Assembly: GCA_050273025.1 (NCBI GenBank)
Contig: CP158635.1
Location: forward strand, 14,136,001 to 14,200,000
Source of the DNA: Cenococcum geophilum
Taxonomy: Eukaryota
Length of the DNA: 64,000 bases
Direction: 5' to 3'
The notes under the pieces are model-generated. The model saw only the letters and a list, made by a program, of their open reading frames with translations. It was not told the origin of the DNA and made no database searches. Shown here piece by piece: positions 24,631-39,000 of this stretch (within the stretch, counting starts at the first letter, position 1; every line of letters starts with the position of its first letter). A program made the position numbers and the translations under genes.

Positions 24631-25489
24631 GTCAATTACCTATTAACTACTAGTAGTTAAGGCTATCTAAAGGGGACAATATTTTGCCGATATAAACCCC
24701 AAACTAAAGGTATCTCTTATAGGGGTTAAACCACTAGATATTATTACCGCCTATATTAATATTAATAATAGCTTACATAATAATATACTATACCTTATTC
24801 TAAAGTATATATCCTTATACAATACTTTACTTCTTAGCCTTTTAAACCCTATAATAACCTCGACATTATAGATATTAATACTAAAAATTTAAAGTATTAT
24901 AGACCTTATATTAGATATATTACGGCTACCTTACCTAATAGCCTAGATTTACTAAACGCATGGTATTTTTTTTGTCTTTTTCTATATATCTTTTAGTTAG
25001 GAGATATAGTAGGGGACTTAGATTAGGGTCCTAGGATAAAATACCTAGTTTATCCCACTATTCCTTTAGGGTAGAAGATTGGGTTATATAGAAATAGATT
25101 ATGCTATAAGTATAGGGACTATAGGCGATGTATATATATATATAGGGTAGGAAGGGCAGGTATATATACGGCAATTTATAGCAATCTATTGTTACAGCAC
25201 TAGTGGAAAACGGTGGATTGTAGTGGACAATTGTAGACAGTTTTAAACAATCTTAGATAGTAGTAGTTACGTAACTAGAGGACCGTATATAACATTAAGT
25301 AACGCTACTCTTCTTCCCCATTCCTTTCTCTAGCTTTAGATCCTTGTTTATAGATAATCTAATTATATAGGCTTATATGTCTCTTTTAATATGTCTATTC
25401 CTTAATTAACTAAGTCGCTAATATTATCTAAAGCTTATTACTACTCTTTCCTCCTAAAAAGGAACTTAAATATATTTATAGACTATAAA

Positions 25490-26480
25490 TAGAATAAGGA
25501 TATAGAAATGGACCTAAAGGATATATAAGAATAGAATAGGACCTTAAGGATAGGATAGAACTAAAAGGATACATATAATATAACCTAAAGGACCTATATA
25601 GGCTAGAACACCTAAAGAAATTACTAAAAATTATCTAATACCCCTACTACTATGCTAAGAAATATAGTAGCTAGTAAAGCAGCTATAGGACCCTTAACTA
25701 CTTCTAATAGTAAAATAATAACCAACTTAAACCCCTAGTTGGAGCTTATAGCAGTTAATACTAAAATTAAATGATTTTAAGAGCTGCTTAAAACTAAAGA
25801 TATCCCTATACCTAGTAACAAATTATTAGACCTAAAGGCTTACTATAGTCCTTAAGGCCATAACCTAACGCATAGTATTAGTATTATTATAGTCTACAAA
25901 GGTTATAGATTCCCTATTACTTATAGATGGAACTAATCCTATATTTAATAATTAGAAGCTTTAATTATAAGATAAGCTTAAAGCTAATATAGATAACTTC
26001 TTTACTATTTAAGCTAAAATGGGCTATGTCTTTAGCCGTACTAGTAGGGATATATAGATATATCTACGTCCACGATATGCCTAAGACTTAGTAAACTCCT
26101 TCCTCTCTAAAAAAGAGATAATTAACTACCTATCTTCTATTTATAAGGACCCCTTTAAGGTATAGAACGCCCACCTTAATTATAAAAGCCTAAATATAAA
26201 AACAATAGAGACCTTTTAGCCTTTTAAACCTGCTTTCTATATCTAGCCAGCTAAGACTAAATTCCCTAGAAAGATTTAATACCGGACCTTTTTAATAAGC
26301 TTACCCTAGACCTATAGCGTGCTATACTATTAGTTTTTACTACTATATAGACGTTAAAGGTACTTATAGACTACTACCTAGCTATTAACTAAGTCCTTTA
26401 TTAATTAATGTATAAGCTAAATAATATAAAGCTAGAAACTCTTTAAACTAAACTATAAGCACTCTAAGAATAGCCTATAG
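25490..26480 (+). mobile_element. Gypsy gag relic (probable outermost host of the nest)
   Basis: RIPed retrotransposon-gag-like peptide (IINYLSSIYKDPFKV*NAHLNYKSL...PDLFNKLTLDL). Boundaries approximate. Confidence 0.55.
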
Positions 26481-26481
26481 T

Positions 26482-26828
26482 TATTACGGAGTAAGTATAA
26501 GCGATAATAATATATAATAAGGTAGATATTATTAAGCTATATACATAAACTATATAATAAGATTAAGACGTTATATATGGAAAGAAGGTAAGAAAACGGA
26601 AAGAAAGGGTATATATTATTAACTTAGTTACTTAGTTAACACGTATATAGAGTAGGGTAGGATTTAGGTCCTAGTAAAACTTAGTAGGATTTAGGTCCTA
26701 GTAGAACTTAGTAGGATTTAGTAGAACTTAGTGGAATATAGCAGAATACGGTAGATTGCCGTTAGATTACTATAGATTGCGGCAAATTACGGTCTTATAG
26801 TTAGTTTTTAACTACTAAGTTTATAATA
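26482..26828 (-). mobile_element. LTR related to the LTR at 55498-55867
   Basis: Reverse-complement similarity to about 55545-55867 (cttatacttactccgtaaca end; gcaatct repeats). No matching TSD found. Confidence 0.8.
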
Positions 26829-27472
26829 AAGCCTTATAGTAAGAACTATGGTAGACTTATTAATAGGCTAGGTATATAGATAAACAAGAAGTTAACAATG
26901 TAATAATAATTAGTAGAGTAATTGCCTAATAGATTAACTCTAATTATATTCTAAGATTTACTATAAAGAAGAAAACTATCTAGGTAGGGACTGTAGTCCT
27001 TTAAATATATAATACCGCGCCTAAGAAATATACTAAGTATATTAGTACGTCCTATATTTCTATATTTCTATATTCCTACATTTTTACATTCCGAACTTAT
27101 AATGTAACTAGCTATATAACTTAGCTACTCCTTATCCTATAGCTTAACTAATTCTAGTGCCTCCTATACTATCTTAACTAACCTATTTATATCTCTTCTT
27201 AGTAGTTATACTACTGCTAATATAAGGTCCGTAACACTATCCCCCTCCTTTTTATTTTTATCCTTAAAGATATCTCTTATCTCTAAGTCGTCTATTAGAG
27301 GTATAGCACTCCCGTCTTTAATTTAATAACCTTTATTATTTCTAATACCTTCTATTAAATCTTCTACGTTTAATTATTATAACCGGCTAGTAACTGTTAT
27401 TCTTTCGCTTAATAAAGTTATACTATCCTATTCTTAGTGCGAGGAAAGGAAGTTAGTATATATTATAATCGC

Positions 27473-29814
27473 CCGCGAAGCCCTACTGCACGCGTCCACG
27501 TCGCCGCGGGTGGAAACATCATCTGGAATCCTATTCCTCTTAATAGCCAAGTGCAGAGGCGATGGTAGAGAGCCGTCGCAGCGTGTGCAGCGCTGTTGTT
27601 TAACTCTGTGGTAATAAGCCCGCGACGCGTGTAAAGTATCGCCCTTAACAACACCAGGAGCCTTACTACCTCCGCTTAAAGCTCCTGTTCTACTATCTAG
27701 GGAGGCCTATTAAGGGAAACTGGGATATAAAAACTGCTTAATATATAACTACCTAGCTTATAGCTAGGCCCAAAACTAGCCTTATCTAGCTAGTTAATAT
27801 AGATGCGTCCTAGGCGTATAACAGGACACCCTTAGGCTTATACTAGCTTTAAGATTATAAAGTATACGCGATAAGGGCGTAGGGATCCTCTTTTTATAAG
27901 AACTTATTAAGGTTAATATATTATAGATACTTTATACAAAACTTATTAAGGCCTTAAGGCCACCGTAAAGAACTTATTAAGGTCTTATCTAGAGAACTTA
28001 TTAAGGCCCCTCTATAAGGGTCTATCTGGTATTTAGTTACACCTAGGTGACTTAGAAGAGGGTCTTAATAGGCGTAGTGCGCGCGACCTAGTACAGCAAC
28101 AGCGACGCGACGGCGATGTAATGGCAATGTAACGGCGACTAGACGGCTTAACGAGGTGGAAACACGGGTAAAGCTCTAGGCAGTGGAAACATAGGCCAGC
28201 TTTAACGGCCCTATGGTATATAACTTAGTTAACTTACAGTTAGCTTATAGTTGACTCGCAGGTGATTTATAGGAGGGTCTTAATAGGCGTGGTGTATGTA
28301 ACCTAATGCGTATATATATAAGGCGACTTATAGGAGGGTCTTAATAGGCGTAGTGTATGTGACCTAATATATATATATGGGGGAGGCTATAGGGGAAATA
28401 CAGGCCAGTTGGATAAGGACTTAATAGTTAAAGATATAGGTATAGCTTATAAAAAGAGGGGATATAAGCTTAGTTAGTAGGAGGGGGGGGAGTAGGTCGC
28501 CTAGTGCGAGACCTAGCGTCTTTATAGCCCCCCTTCTATAAGACACGGTTGGCCTATTATAAGGAGACTCCTATAGGCAACGCGAAACGGGAACTGGTAG
28601 TAGTATAGGGTGTTACGCCCCTATACTTCTACTAGCCTCCTACGGGGTATAGTATATAGTAGCTACTACTAGCTCTAGGGACCTTACCCCTTAGCTAGGC
28701 TCTAACCCCTAGTGCACCTAGTAGGTAGGTAGGATTCCGCCCTAGCTAGAAAGACTACTATATAGCTTAAAAGAACGGATGCGCGTGTTAGTATATTAAT
28801 AGACGGAACCGTTCGCCTTTAGGGCGGTATGCTAGTGAGATATGCTTAAGGAGTAAATAGGAGTTACTTAGGTAGGGGAGGCTTTTTTAGTCTGGGCCTT
28901 AACTATAGAAGGTACCCAAGGCTTTTATATTGCAGGATGCAGCTATAATACCTTTATAGGATTACGCTAATAGGTATATAAGACGGGAGTTACAACCCCT
29001 AAAAAAGACAGCTTATACCTATACTAGCGGAAATAATAGAAAAGGTATAAAACTAGAGGCTATAGAAGGCTCCTAAGCCGTATAAAAGCGTACTAACTCT
29101 AGGAGGAGACTTTTATATAGACTACAGGGGGGCAGACTAGTACTTAGGCTAACCTATTATAAGATATCTAAAAGAACTGGTGAAACCCCCTATTAAGGTA
29201 GTGGCAGCTAACTGCTTATGGAAAGCCCCTAGGCCTTTAGGCCTAGGTTTAGGATAAATACTAGAAAATTAAGGTAGAGGCCTAAATAAGTAGGCACGTT
29301 GAACTCTATTATATAACTACCTACTAAGATAGACACCAAAACACGTAATACTACTATACCCCCTACGCATTAATTAAGAAATAATGCTCTTAGCAGCTAG
29401 TATAGAGAACTATAATACACTGCTCTTAATATAAAAAGGCCTCAAGGCGGTTACCTAGTGGCTTATTAGTTAAAATGTGCTAAATTAGTTCCGGGTTATA
29501 AGGGAAATGGTAATAAAAGGCAAGGGGGCGAGCAGTAGGTGCCCCCTAGTAACTCTACAGTAGTAGAGTAATAGTTTATAATACTAGCGCGTCCGTAGGC
29601 TTGTTACGGCAGCAGTGGTTCCTAAGGAGGTTAAACAGTAAGGTAGTAGAGCACTATAGGCGACTCGCAGGCGCTAAGTAGGCGAGTCCTAAAAGGCGGG
29701 GAGATAGATTACGGGGTTTTCTTATTTTTCTTAAATAGAGTTTTCTTCCTATATGTAAATAAGGAGTAGTCCGCGTGGGCCCAATAGGGATCCAAATCAG
29801 ACGTTAAGCAATGA

Positions 29815-29840
<26 letters not shown>
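27473..29840 (+). mobile_element. Chimeric non-autonomous non-LTR retroelement: unknown 1.85-kb body plus the last ~0.5 kb of the LINE
   Basis: Perfect 16-bp TSD TATATATTATAATCGC (27457-27472 and 29841-29856). 29324-29840 matches the LINE 3' end and (TTA)n tail. By eye, the body has no similarity to the full-length LINE. Confidence 0.85.
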
Positions 29841-29847
<7 letters not shown>

Positions 29848-30031
29848 TATAATCGCGGCTCCGTCTAGTTGCTAATCTTCCTCTTATACTAAGTATACGC
29901 GAGCGAACATGCGATCGTCCTATAATGTTTAATCTATTTCTAACGCTAAGTATATACATCTTATTAATCTTTAAAGTCTTTAACTTCCTTATTTAATTTG
30001 CTATAGGATTTTATATTTAATCTAAGGCGTT

Positions 30032-33000
30032 TATTACGGAACCCTACCGCAGGGGCCTCCATAGGAGAGCCCCATGCTCTTGCGTATACCTCGCGTACAG
30101 CTTATATCAGCTACGCGTAGGTATATTACCTCCTTACGCCCTCGACCCTTACGATCGATTGCGTAACGTCTTGTAGACTCCTTAAATACATACGCTCTAT
30201 AGCCACTGCCCACGTTCTATAACATTACGTTACGCCTTTTTACCACTAACGCTTAGCTTACGACCAATTCTACGTCTCTGTAATACTGTAGGCGCTGCTA
30301 AAAGTAGCGTGTCTATAAATTACCTTACTTTATACTTCTAAGGAACCTATAATAGTAAGATAATATTCCTTATTAGCTACTATATTAAACCTAAAGAACA
30401 ATCTAATACCTATACTTAACCTACGACGCCAATTAATTCTAGGAGAATTCGATTTATTAGCCTTAGCCTTAACCCCTAAGAAGATAAACATTAATAATAT
30501 CTTATCTTTTATTAACTATATAACTACAGATAAGTAAATAAAAGGGCTATTACTTATTAAAATTAAAATATAAGACGCCGAGACGTTTATAAAAATGGTA
30601 GCATAAGACCCTAATAAATACTACCGCCTTTTATAGAACTACTACCTAAAGCTTATATAAGCTAAGATGCATACTGCTTAAGATCGCGATATTATCTAAA
30701 ACCTATAAGCTTATAAGGCGCTTACTAATAATATATATTAAAAAACTAAAGATAACCTTCGCGTATCTAAACGCGATATCTAATAATTAAAGAAGAATAA
30801 GATTATACTAATTGCTACGGTTACTAAAAAAGAAGGCATAATTAAATACCTATAATTTTAGCTTAATAAGCACATTTATAATAACGCTAGATACTTCTTT
30901 ACTATATATAACGCCACCTAAGTCTCTACGCCCCTAGCAACTTTACCTACTTAATACTTAACAGAGAGTTAGCGCTAAGTAGCTTTACCTAATAGAAACC
31001 CCTACTAAAGTAGTAATAATAAAAGCTATAATAATCGGACCTAAACTGCCACTATAGGGTCTAATATACGCTACCTTAATCCCCTAGTCTTTTAAGGAGA
31101 CCGTAAGGAATATAGCCACTAGAAGATATAAATCCATAAAAAAAACTACCTTAGAGCGCCTACCTTTTTCCTATAAAAGATACTAAGATTAGCTATATTA
31201 TTAGGTAAATAAAGGGTATACTATTTAATAGACTCTTCGCCTAATAGGAGACTAGTAGCCCCTAGAAGTGGCAGTTTACTAAGAAGTTCTTAATAATCTT
31301 AACCTAATATACCGCGACTATAACCTACTAGCTACCAACTAAGCTAAACTATATACCCTAAAGATAAGCCCTACTAAATTATTTAATAAGTTCTATGTTA
31401 AATTCTAGAAATATACTAGAGCCCTTACTTAAGATAATACTAAAGACTAAAAGGATCTTCTTAAAAAAGTTACTTATCGCCTTAGTTACGTAGCCGCTAG
31501 CTATAACTATAATAATATAATAATAATTCATTGCTTAACGTCCGATTTAGATCCCTATTGGGCCCACGCGGACTACTCCTTATTTACATATAGGGAGAAA
31601 ACTCTATTTAAGAAAAATAAGAAAACCCCATAATCCATCTCCCCACCTTTTAGGACTCGCCTACTTAGCGCCTATAAGTCGCCTATGGTGCTCTACTACC
31701 TTACTATTTAACCTCTTTAGGAACTACTGCTGCCGTAATAAGCCTACGGACGCGCTAGTATTATAAACTATTACTCTACTACTATAGAGTTACTAGGGGG
31801 CACCTACTGCTCGCCCCCTTACCTTTTATTACTATTTCCCTTATAACCCGGAACTAATTTAGCACATTTTAACTAATAAGCTACTGGGTAACCGCCTTAA
31901 GGCCTTTTTATATTAAGAGTAGTATATTATAGTTCTTTATGCCAGCTACTAAGAGTATTATTTCTTAATTGGTGCGTAGGGGGCATAGCAGTATTACGTG
32001 TTTTAGTATCTATCTTAGCCAGCCACATTCGCATCTTAGGCTACCTACTAAAACACCTACCTAGTAAAGCTAATCTTTTAGTCCTATTATTCCTATTCTT
32101 AAAAGTGTTACTATTATATTTTCTACCTTTATTAGGCCTTCTTAGAGCCCTTAGGTATTTACCCCCTATAGCGTTAACTATACTATAGCTTAGGTTTATC
32201 TTGCCTAAGTTAGCCTCTATACCTTTAACTCCTATTTACCTTTCTAGCGTTAGTCCAACCAGTATTATATTACGGTAGATAGTTTCCTAGCGTTCTTATA
32301 TATTCTACTTTAGCTCCTTTCTCTATCTTACTATTATCTTTACTAACCTCTTACGCGTCTCCCTTCCTCCTCTATATAGGCCTAGGCCCTAAAGCGGCAC
32401 TATTCTTCTTCTACTTTCTTTACTTATTTCTCTAATATCTCTTCCCTACTTTAGAGTTATTAGTTTATTCTCCTATGGGGCACCCTAGGGTCCCTCTATA
32501 GTTTACTTAGGCGTATCTTAATGTACTTTATAATATTAGAGTTATATTTATTTTACGTCCTTTATATTATAGCGGCTTTAATATATAACTATAGGGGGGG
32601 AATATTAGATTTCTTCTTAAGCAGTACTGTGGCCGTTTGCTTATACCCGCCTATAATACTCTAAAGGTAGGCTATCTAGACCTTTTAAAGTAGTTTAAGG
32701 AGTAATTTAGGGGGGCCCTTTTTAGTTTCTCTAATAGCCTAAATACTAGATCTATATGTTATGGTTAGCCAGATAACTACTATATATAGTAGGCGTAACC
32801 TCTAAAAGCATGGACCCTATATAGAATTAATAATCCTAGATAAAGTAATAAACTATACTTAGCCTTTATGGGCCGCTTACGCCGTATATACGCTCCACCG
32901 GAGCTTGCTATCTACCTATACTCCTAATACCCTTAGGCCCTAAACTAGTTAACCCCTAAAGCCTTAGATGCGAATTATATACTAAAAATCTATAGATTAG

Positions 33001-36000
33001 TTGCGTTTTTTTATAAAATAGATTAGCTGGTATTTCTCTAGTAAGAATTAAACTCTATAATACTTTACCCATTCTATATAAATATTATAGGCTTTCTCTA
33101 GTATTCTATAATTCTCTACGGCTATTAGCCCGTATATAATTAGGTTTATATTATTAATAAAGCCTATCCCCTAGGTCGCCCCTTTCTTAAAGGAGTTAAG
33201 TAGGTTACTTATAAAGAAAAGGAAGAGTATAGGCAAGAGGGGTAATTCTTATAGTATTCCTATTATAACTATAATAGGGGGGCTCTGGTATCCGCTAAAG
33301 ACTAGTAATATTTCTTTCTAGCCTATAAACCCTTAAACAAATTATATAATCCATTTTAGAAAGCCCTTTACCCTAAGGATATATAGGAGACGCTTATAGG
33401 GTATATTGTTATAGGCACCACTAATATCTAGGCTAAGCATTAATACTATAAAGTCCTTTTACATCGCCTATATAGATTTAATAGTAGTAGCGAGTAGCGT
33501 AAATACTAATAGTGTTAAGCGGTTCTTTCTTGCCCCTATTTAGCTTTATAGTAGTAGGGCGTATTCCTCTACTATATCTGCTATGCGTTCCGCTATTACC
33601 CTTTTTAAGATCTTACTAAGGGTGTTTTCTAAGGCAATAGGGCGGTAGCTTCCTAAGATTAAGTAATCTGCTTTACCTTCTTTTTATAGGATAACCGTTA
33701 TTATAGATCTTCTAAGTTGTGGGTAGTAGCCTATAGTAAAGTATGCTCTGGCTACATCTGCAAGCTAAGGTGCTATAAGTGGCCTATAGGTTTTTAGGGC
33801 CTTATTTAGAATCCTATCTGGTTCTAGTGCTATATTATTTAAAAGGCGGCTAATAGTCCTAGCCATTTCCTCTATTATTATATCGCTGTTAACCCGCAGG
33901 TAAGTTACCGGTGTTTCGCCTATAATATTACTAAGGTCTACTAAAGCCGGTTAGGGGAAGAACCTTTCTATAAGAATCTTTACCTTCTTATTATTATTAT
34001 TTATAGCCTATAATTCTCCTGCTCTTTATAGGGGTAGTAGGTATAAGTCTTCTGCTAGGCGCCCTACCTTTTTCTTTACCTATTTTGCTATAGCCTAAAG
34101 GCCCTTATTATGGGGGAGGCTTAGGTTAAAAGTATACTCGTTTATAAACCGTCTCTAGTTATTCCTTACTTCTTTTTTTAGGGTATTCTTTAGCTGGTTT
34201 CTTATATCTTTATATTATCTCTCGTCTTTAAGGTCGTGGCTACTTATATATTTTCTTCTTACTTATTATTAGCTAGTAACCAGAACTGCGTATTATATAG
34301 ACTATACGTGTCGCGTATAGGGGCCCGGTTTTAAGATCGGGTAGTACTCTTTTAGCCTATTTTTAATTACTACCTAGATCCTTTCTAGTCTTTAGTCGAT
34401 TTCCTTAGGGGTGGCTAATAAGCCTCACTTATTTAGTATTAGGTGGATTTCTTCTAGGTCTTAGAGTTATTGTTTAACTATATTAAGGAAACTGTCTATC
34501 TTAAGCTTCCTTATTACGTATCTTTTCCTATTTAGTTGCGCTTTAGTATTTAGGTCTAGCTATATCTAAATAGGGATATAGTCTAGGGTAAGTGCCTATT
34601 CTTCTTTAGGGTTATACCTTTTAAGTCTCTAGTATAGGCCTTTATCCATAAATATAAGGTTAATTATACTTCTGGCGGTGCCTTATTGCCATATAATTAC
34701 TCCTAGGGGGGTGGCTAGCTTAAGGCCCTAGATATCCATAGCTCTTAGTAGGCACTCTAACTGTTAATCTACAGTAATATAGATACCCCCCTACCGCAGG
34801 TAGTAGAGGTTTATATCTCCTAGTAGAATAGACTCTATACCTTCGGTTTTTAGTAAGCTTATTACTAATATAATATTCTCTATTTATGGGACCCCTTTAA
34901 CCCTAGGGTTATATATATTAATAATTTATACCGGTCCCCTATATATTTAGATTATTATAACTATAGTATCTAGGTTAACTGCCTGCCATAATTATAAGGA
35001 TAGGCTAATAGCCTTACTAATTATAAAGCACACGCGTATAGCTGCTTTTGGTTTGTATAGGAGCTAGAATCCTTAGGGGCAGTATATTAATTATATAAAG
35101 GTATTATAATACGGTTCTTATATAGTAAGGATATAGTATTTCTCTAGGTCTAGACTGTCTAGTAGGGGCCTTATAAGGCAGTAGTTTATATTACCACAGT
35201 TATACTATATAATAGATAGGTGGCGGACCCCCAGCGAGGGTCCTTTAACTCTTCTTTATTCCTCGCTTCTTCTATTTCCACTTTCTTTAAAATATTTAGA
35301 GCTTCTATCTCTTATATCTACACCCTAGTTACTACTTATTTTATATAGAGCTTTCTATTCCCGTGTCTTATATTCCTATTAGCGCTTCTATATCTAAATC
35401 TGTTATTATTACTAGTTCTTCCCCTATTCTTACTAGTCGGCTATATGCCCTTTATAGGTCGGCTATAAATGTTATATTTGCCGCATTAAGTCTAATTCTT
35501 AATTGTCCTAGTCTTAAGCCTACTATTGCTATCTATAGGGGTCTTCCTACGGGGCGTCCTCTCCCTTATATCCCTAATCAGTCTAGTGATATCACACGGC
35601 GTCGCTTCTAGCCCATTAAGGCTTAGAATAGCTGGCCTAGCCCTCTAGTATTAAAGATAGGAAACGCTAAAAAGGTACCTGCGTCCCCCTAGCTTATCGC
35701 CTATTATTTCTATTTATATAACCTAGCGTGCAGTTATTCCCGCAGCTATTAAGCCCTTGCCTTCTATCTCCTATATTTAATATAGTCTTCTCTCTCCCAC
35801 GCCTTATATGTGCTTCGGTGGCAGTTTGCGCATTTTATTTAGTCTTAATTTAAGCAATATCTTATATCATAGGGGCCTATACAGTAGCCGCAGCATACCT
35901 GTGCTGCGCATATAGATTAGATGTGTCCCCATTATATATAGCGATAGCATTATTCTAGGTATAGTTTATGGTTATAGAGCCTTATGTTATATATAAGGCC

Positions 36001-39000
36001 ATTTATAATTATTCCTTTTTAGATAAGGAGTTTTTGCATTCCTAGTATATATATGCTAACAATAAAAGAGCCATGCGTTTGTCTAGCGTCTCCCTAGCAA
36101 GTCTCCGGCAACCCTTATATCCTTTTATTGTTCTTATTATATACTTAGTTTACATTTTCCTATTAAAGCTATTAGATTTAGGTGATTTCAAGTCTTAGTA
36201 TAAGGCGTTCCGTTTATCTTACTATCTCCTATATAATTGCTATGTTATCCGCCTAGCGTCCCTTTTCTACCCTAAGGCTTATAGAAACCGCTGGGACTTT
36301 AACTAGGTAATCCTTACGGAGTACTTTTATACTAATACGTTCTCCTAGCCTATCCCCTACCCTTACGGCTCATTCCTTTACCTATTAGTCCTTTAGGGTA
36401 ACTCTAATATCTCCGCTCTTAAGGTATTGGACTATAACAGCGTTATAGACCTCTTTGCGTATCTCTATAAGGACTTCTATTTCTAATTATCCCCTAAGCC
36501 CCTCTGCTTGTTCTATATTTAGTTATATTATAATTATATACCCGGTTATTAACTTAAGGGGGGTAGATTCCCTATGCTATAAAAGCGCAGCTACGGCGGC
36601 CTAGGTGCGGTTCGCCGGTAAGGAGGGATTATGCTTATTTTTAATTTTGCTTAGCCGTTAGAGGATTTAATTAAGGGTTTACTAAAGGGGCGCCTAAGGT
36701 TCACTAGACTAGCGGAGCCATTCTACTAGCTATATTAGTTTATTATAGCTAACGGTTACTCCCCTATAATTTTAGATACTAGACGCGTCCAATAGGCTTT
36801 ATATTTTGTTAGATACCTTCTTAATAGAGGTATTTCCGCTTTATAGTATGGTATTCGCCCATCTTTATTATAGAGGGCTATTACTAGGCGTAGTTCTAGC
36901 GGTCGCACGCGAGTGCGAGCCACCGTTATTTGATATATGCCTCCCCTGCGATATATGCATCTTAGGGGGATTCTCTAGGTGTTTTTCAGGGTTCTTTTAG
37001 TTGGTTTTAGTCTTTTTAGGCCAGGTGCAGCAAGAGCTCTAGTTAAAGTAAATATTATAGGACAAATAAATATTCGCTTTAGTATTTAACTATAATAATA
37101 TTTATAAGATAGTAGCAGCCCTATAGAAGATTAAACAATAACTAAATTAGATTGCTACTGCTAACCCTTATTTAAAGACCTCTCTATAAAAGCCCTCTAG
37201 GCCTACTAAACCTATATATATTAAGCCACCGATACCTACTACCTTAAGTACTACTAGAGCTAATATTGACCTCTCTATACTAACCTTTTCGTAAAAACTC
37301 CTAGATAGAGAGCGCGAGCTACTCTAAAAACTAGGACGCTACTATAGATACTATTAAAAAGGCTATTATTGCGATAACCTAAACTGCCTAATAGCTAGGT
37401 TTAGTACCTACCGCCTAATACCCTAAACACTAAATACGTCGCTACGCGCCACTACTATATGGGATAAAGACGTAGTAATAGTAATAAAATTGGATATAAA
37501 AGCGGAAAACGCTAAGTTCTAGCCTTAAGTTGCGGGTTAGGACGCCTTAATAATAGAGGGATCTATATATCGGCCTACTTAATAGATAACTTAGTAAAGA
37601 TAAATAGATAGAAATAGATAGTTTTACCTATAATAGGAACTACTGCTATAAAATAATATAAAAGCCGTTCTATAATTAACTGCGGAGCTATTAACTAATT
37701 TATAGATACCTAACTTGTATATACTTATAACCTACTTACCTTACCCCTTACTAAAGCCCGCGCCCTATAACTCGCTAATAGTAGTTATACTATATAGAAG
37801 ATTACCTATATAATATAACTCTACTTAGATATAAACGGGCACTAAAAAGAGTTTTAGGCCTATATTATACCACTTACTAACTACCCTATTATCCTTAAAA
37901 TAAGCTAGCTTAAATAATGCAACCCTGCTATTAACTAGGAAAAGAAAATAATAACCTTTAACTTTAAATACTGTAAAGAAACTTGCCTAGGATATGGCCT
38001 AGCAGCCTTTATTTACTTACTAGGATATTAACCTAAGAAACCCCTTATTACCCTACCTATAACTAACTACTACTATATAAGTGCCGTGGCCTTCTACTAT
38101 ATAGTATATAGGAAAGGCTGGACCGTTACTATAGCTTCCTAATTATAACTATATAAGCTTAATAAAGAATAGGACTACGTCCTCTATAGTAATAGAATAG
38201 ATATAGTTAACTTTCTAGAAGATAACGCCCCTATAGAACTCTATAGACTTTTACCTTTAGACTTTAAGAAGTTTATAAAACTTAAAAAGGGATTTACTAA
38301 TAAAGAACTCCGTAAGCTCCTCCCTAAGAGGTACTATAACTTTATTAACATATACTTATAAAAGGGCGTAGATATACTCCCCCTATATTAACCTAATAAC
38401 TATACTATTAATATTAAATAAGGAAAAACGCTACCTTATAAGAGACCCTACCTAATATTAAAAGATAAACTTCTAGTTATAAGAAAGTATATTAACGAGC
38501 ACCTTAATAAAGGGTTTATTTGTCCCAGTATATTATTAGTAATTGCCTCTATTCTTCTTACTAAGAAGCTAGAAGGAGGTATTTGGTTCTATATTAATTA
38601 TAAAGGACTTAACGCTATTATAATTAAAAACTAATATCTAGTACCGCTTATATGGGAGACCCTTAAGCGGCTTAGCCAAGCCAAAATCTATACTAAGCTT
38701 AATATTATTGCCGCCTTTAACTATCTCTAAATACGGAAAGGTAATAAATAGAAAACTATATTCGTATTACGCTTTAGCTAATTTAAATATACTATTATGC
38801 CCTTTAGCGTATATAACGGCCTAGGCACCTTTTAAAGCTATATTAATAATACCTTACAGGACTACCTTAACGACTTCTACTCTGCGTACCTAGACAATAT
38901 ACTTATTTATAGTAATAACTCTTTTAAGCATACTAAATACATTTAAAAGGTCCTATAGCGCCTTAGGGACATAGGACTTTATATTAATTTAAAAAATATA

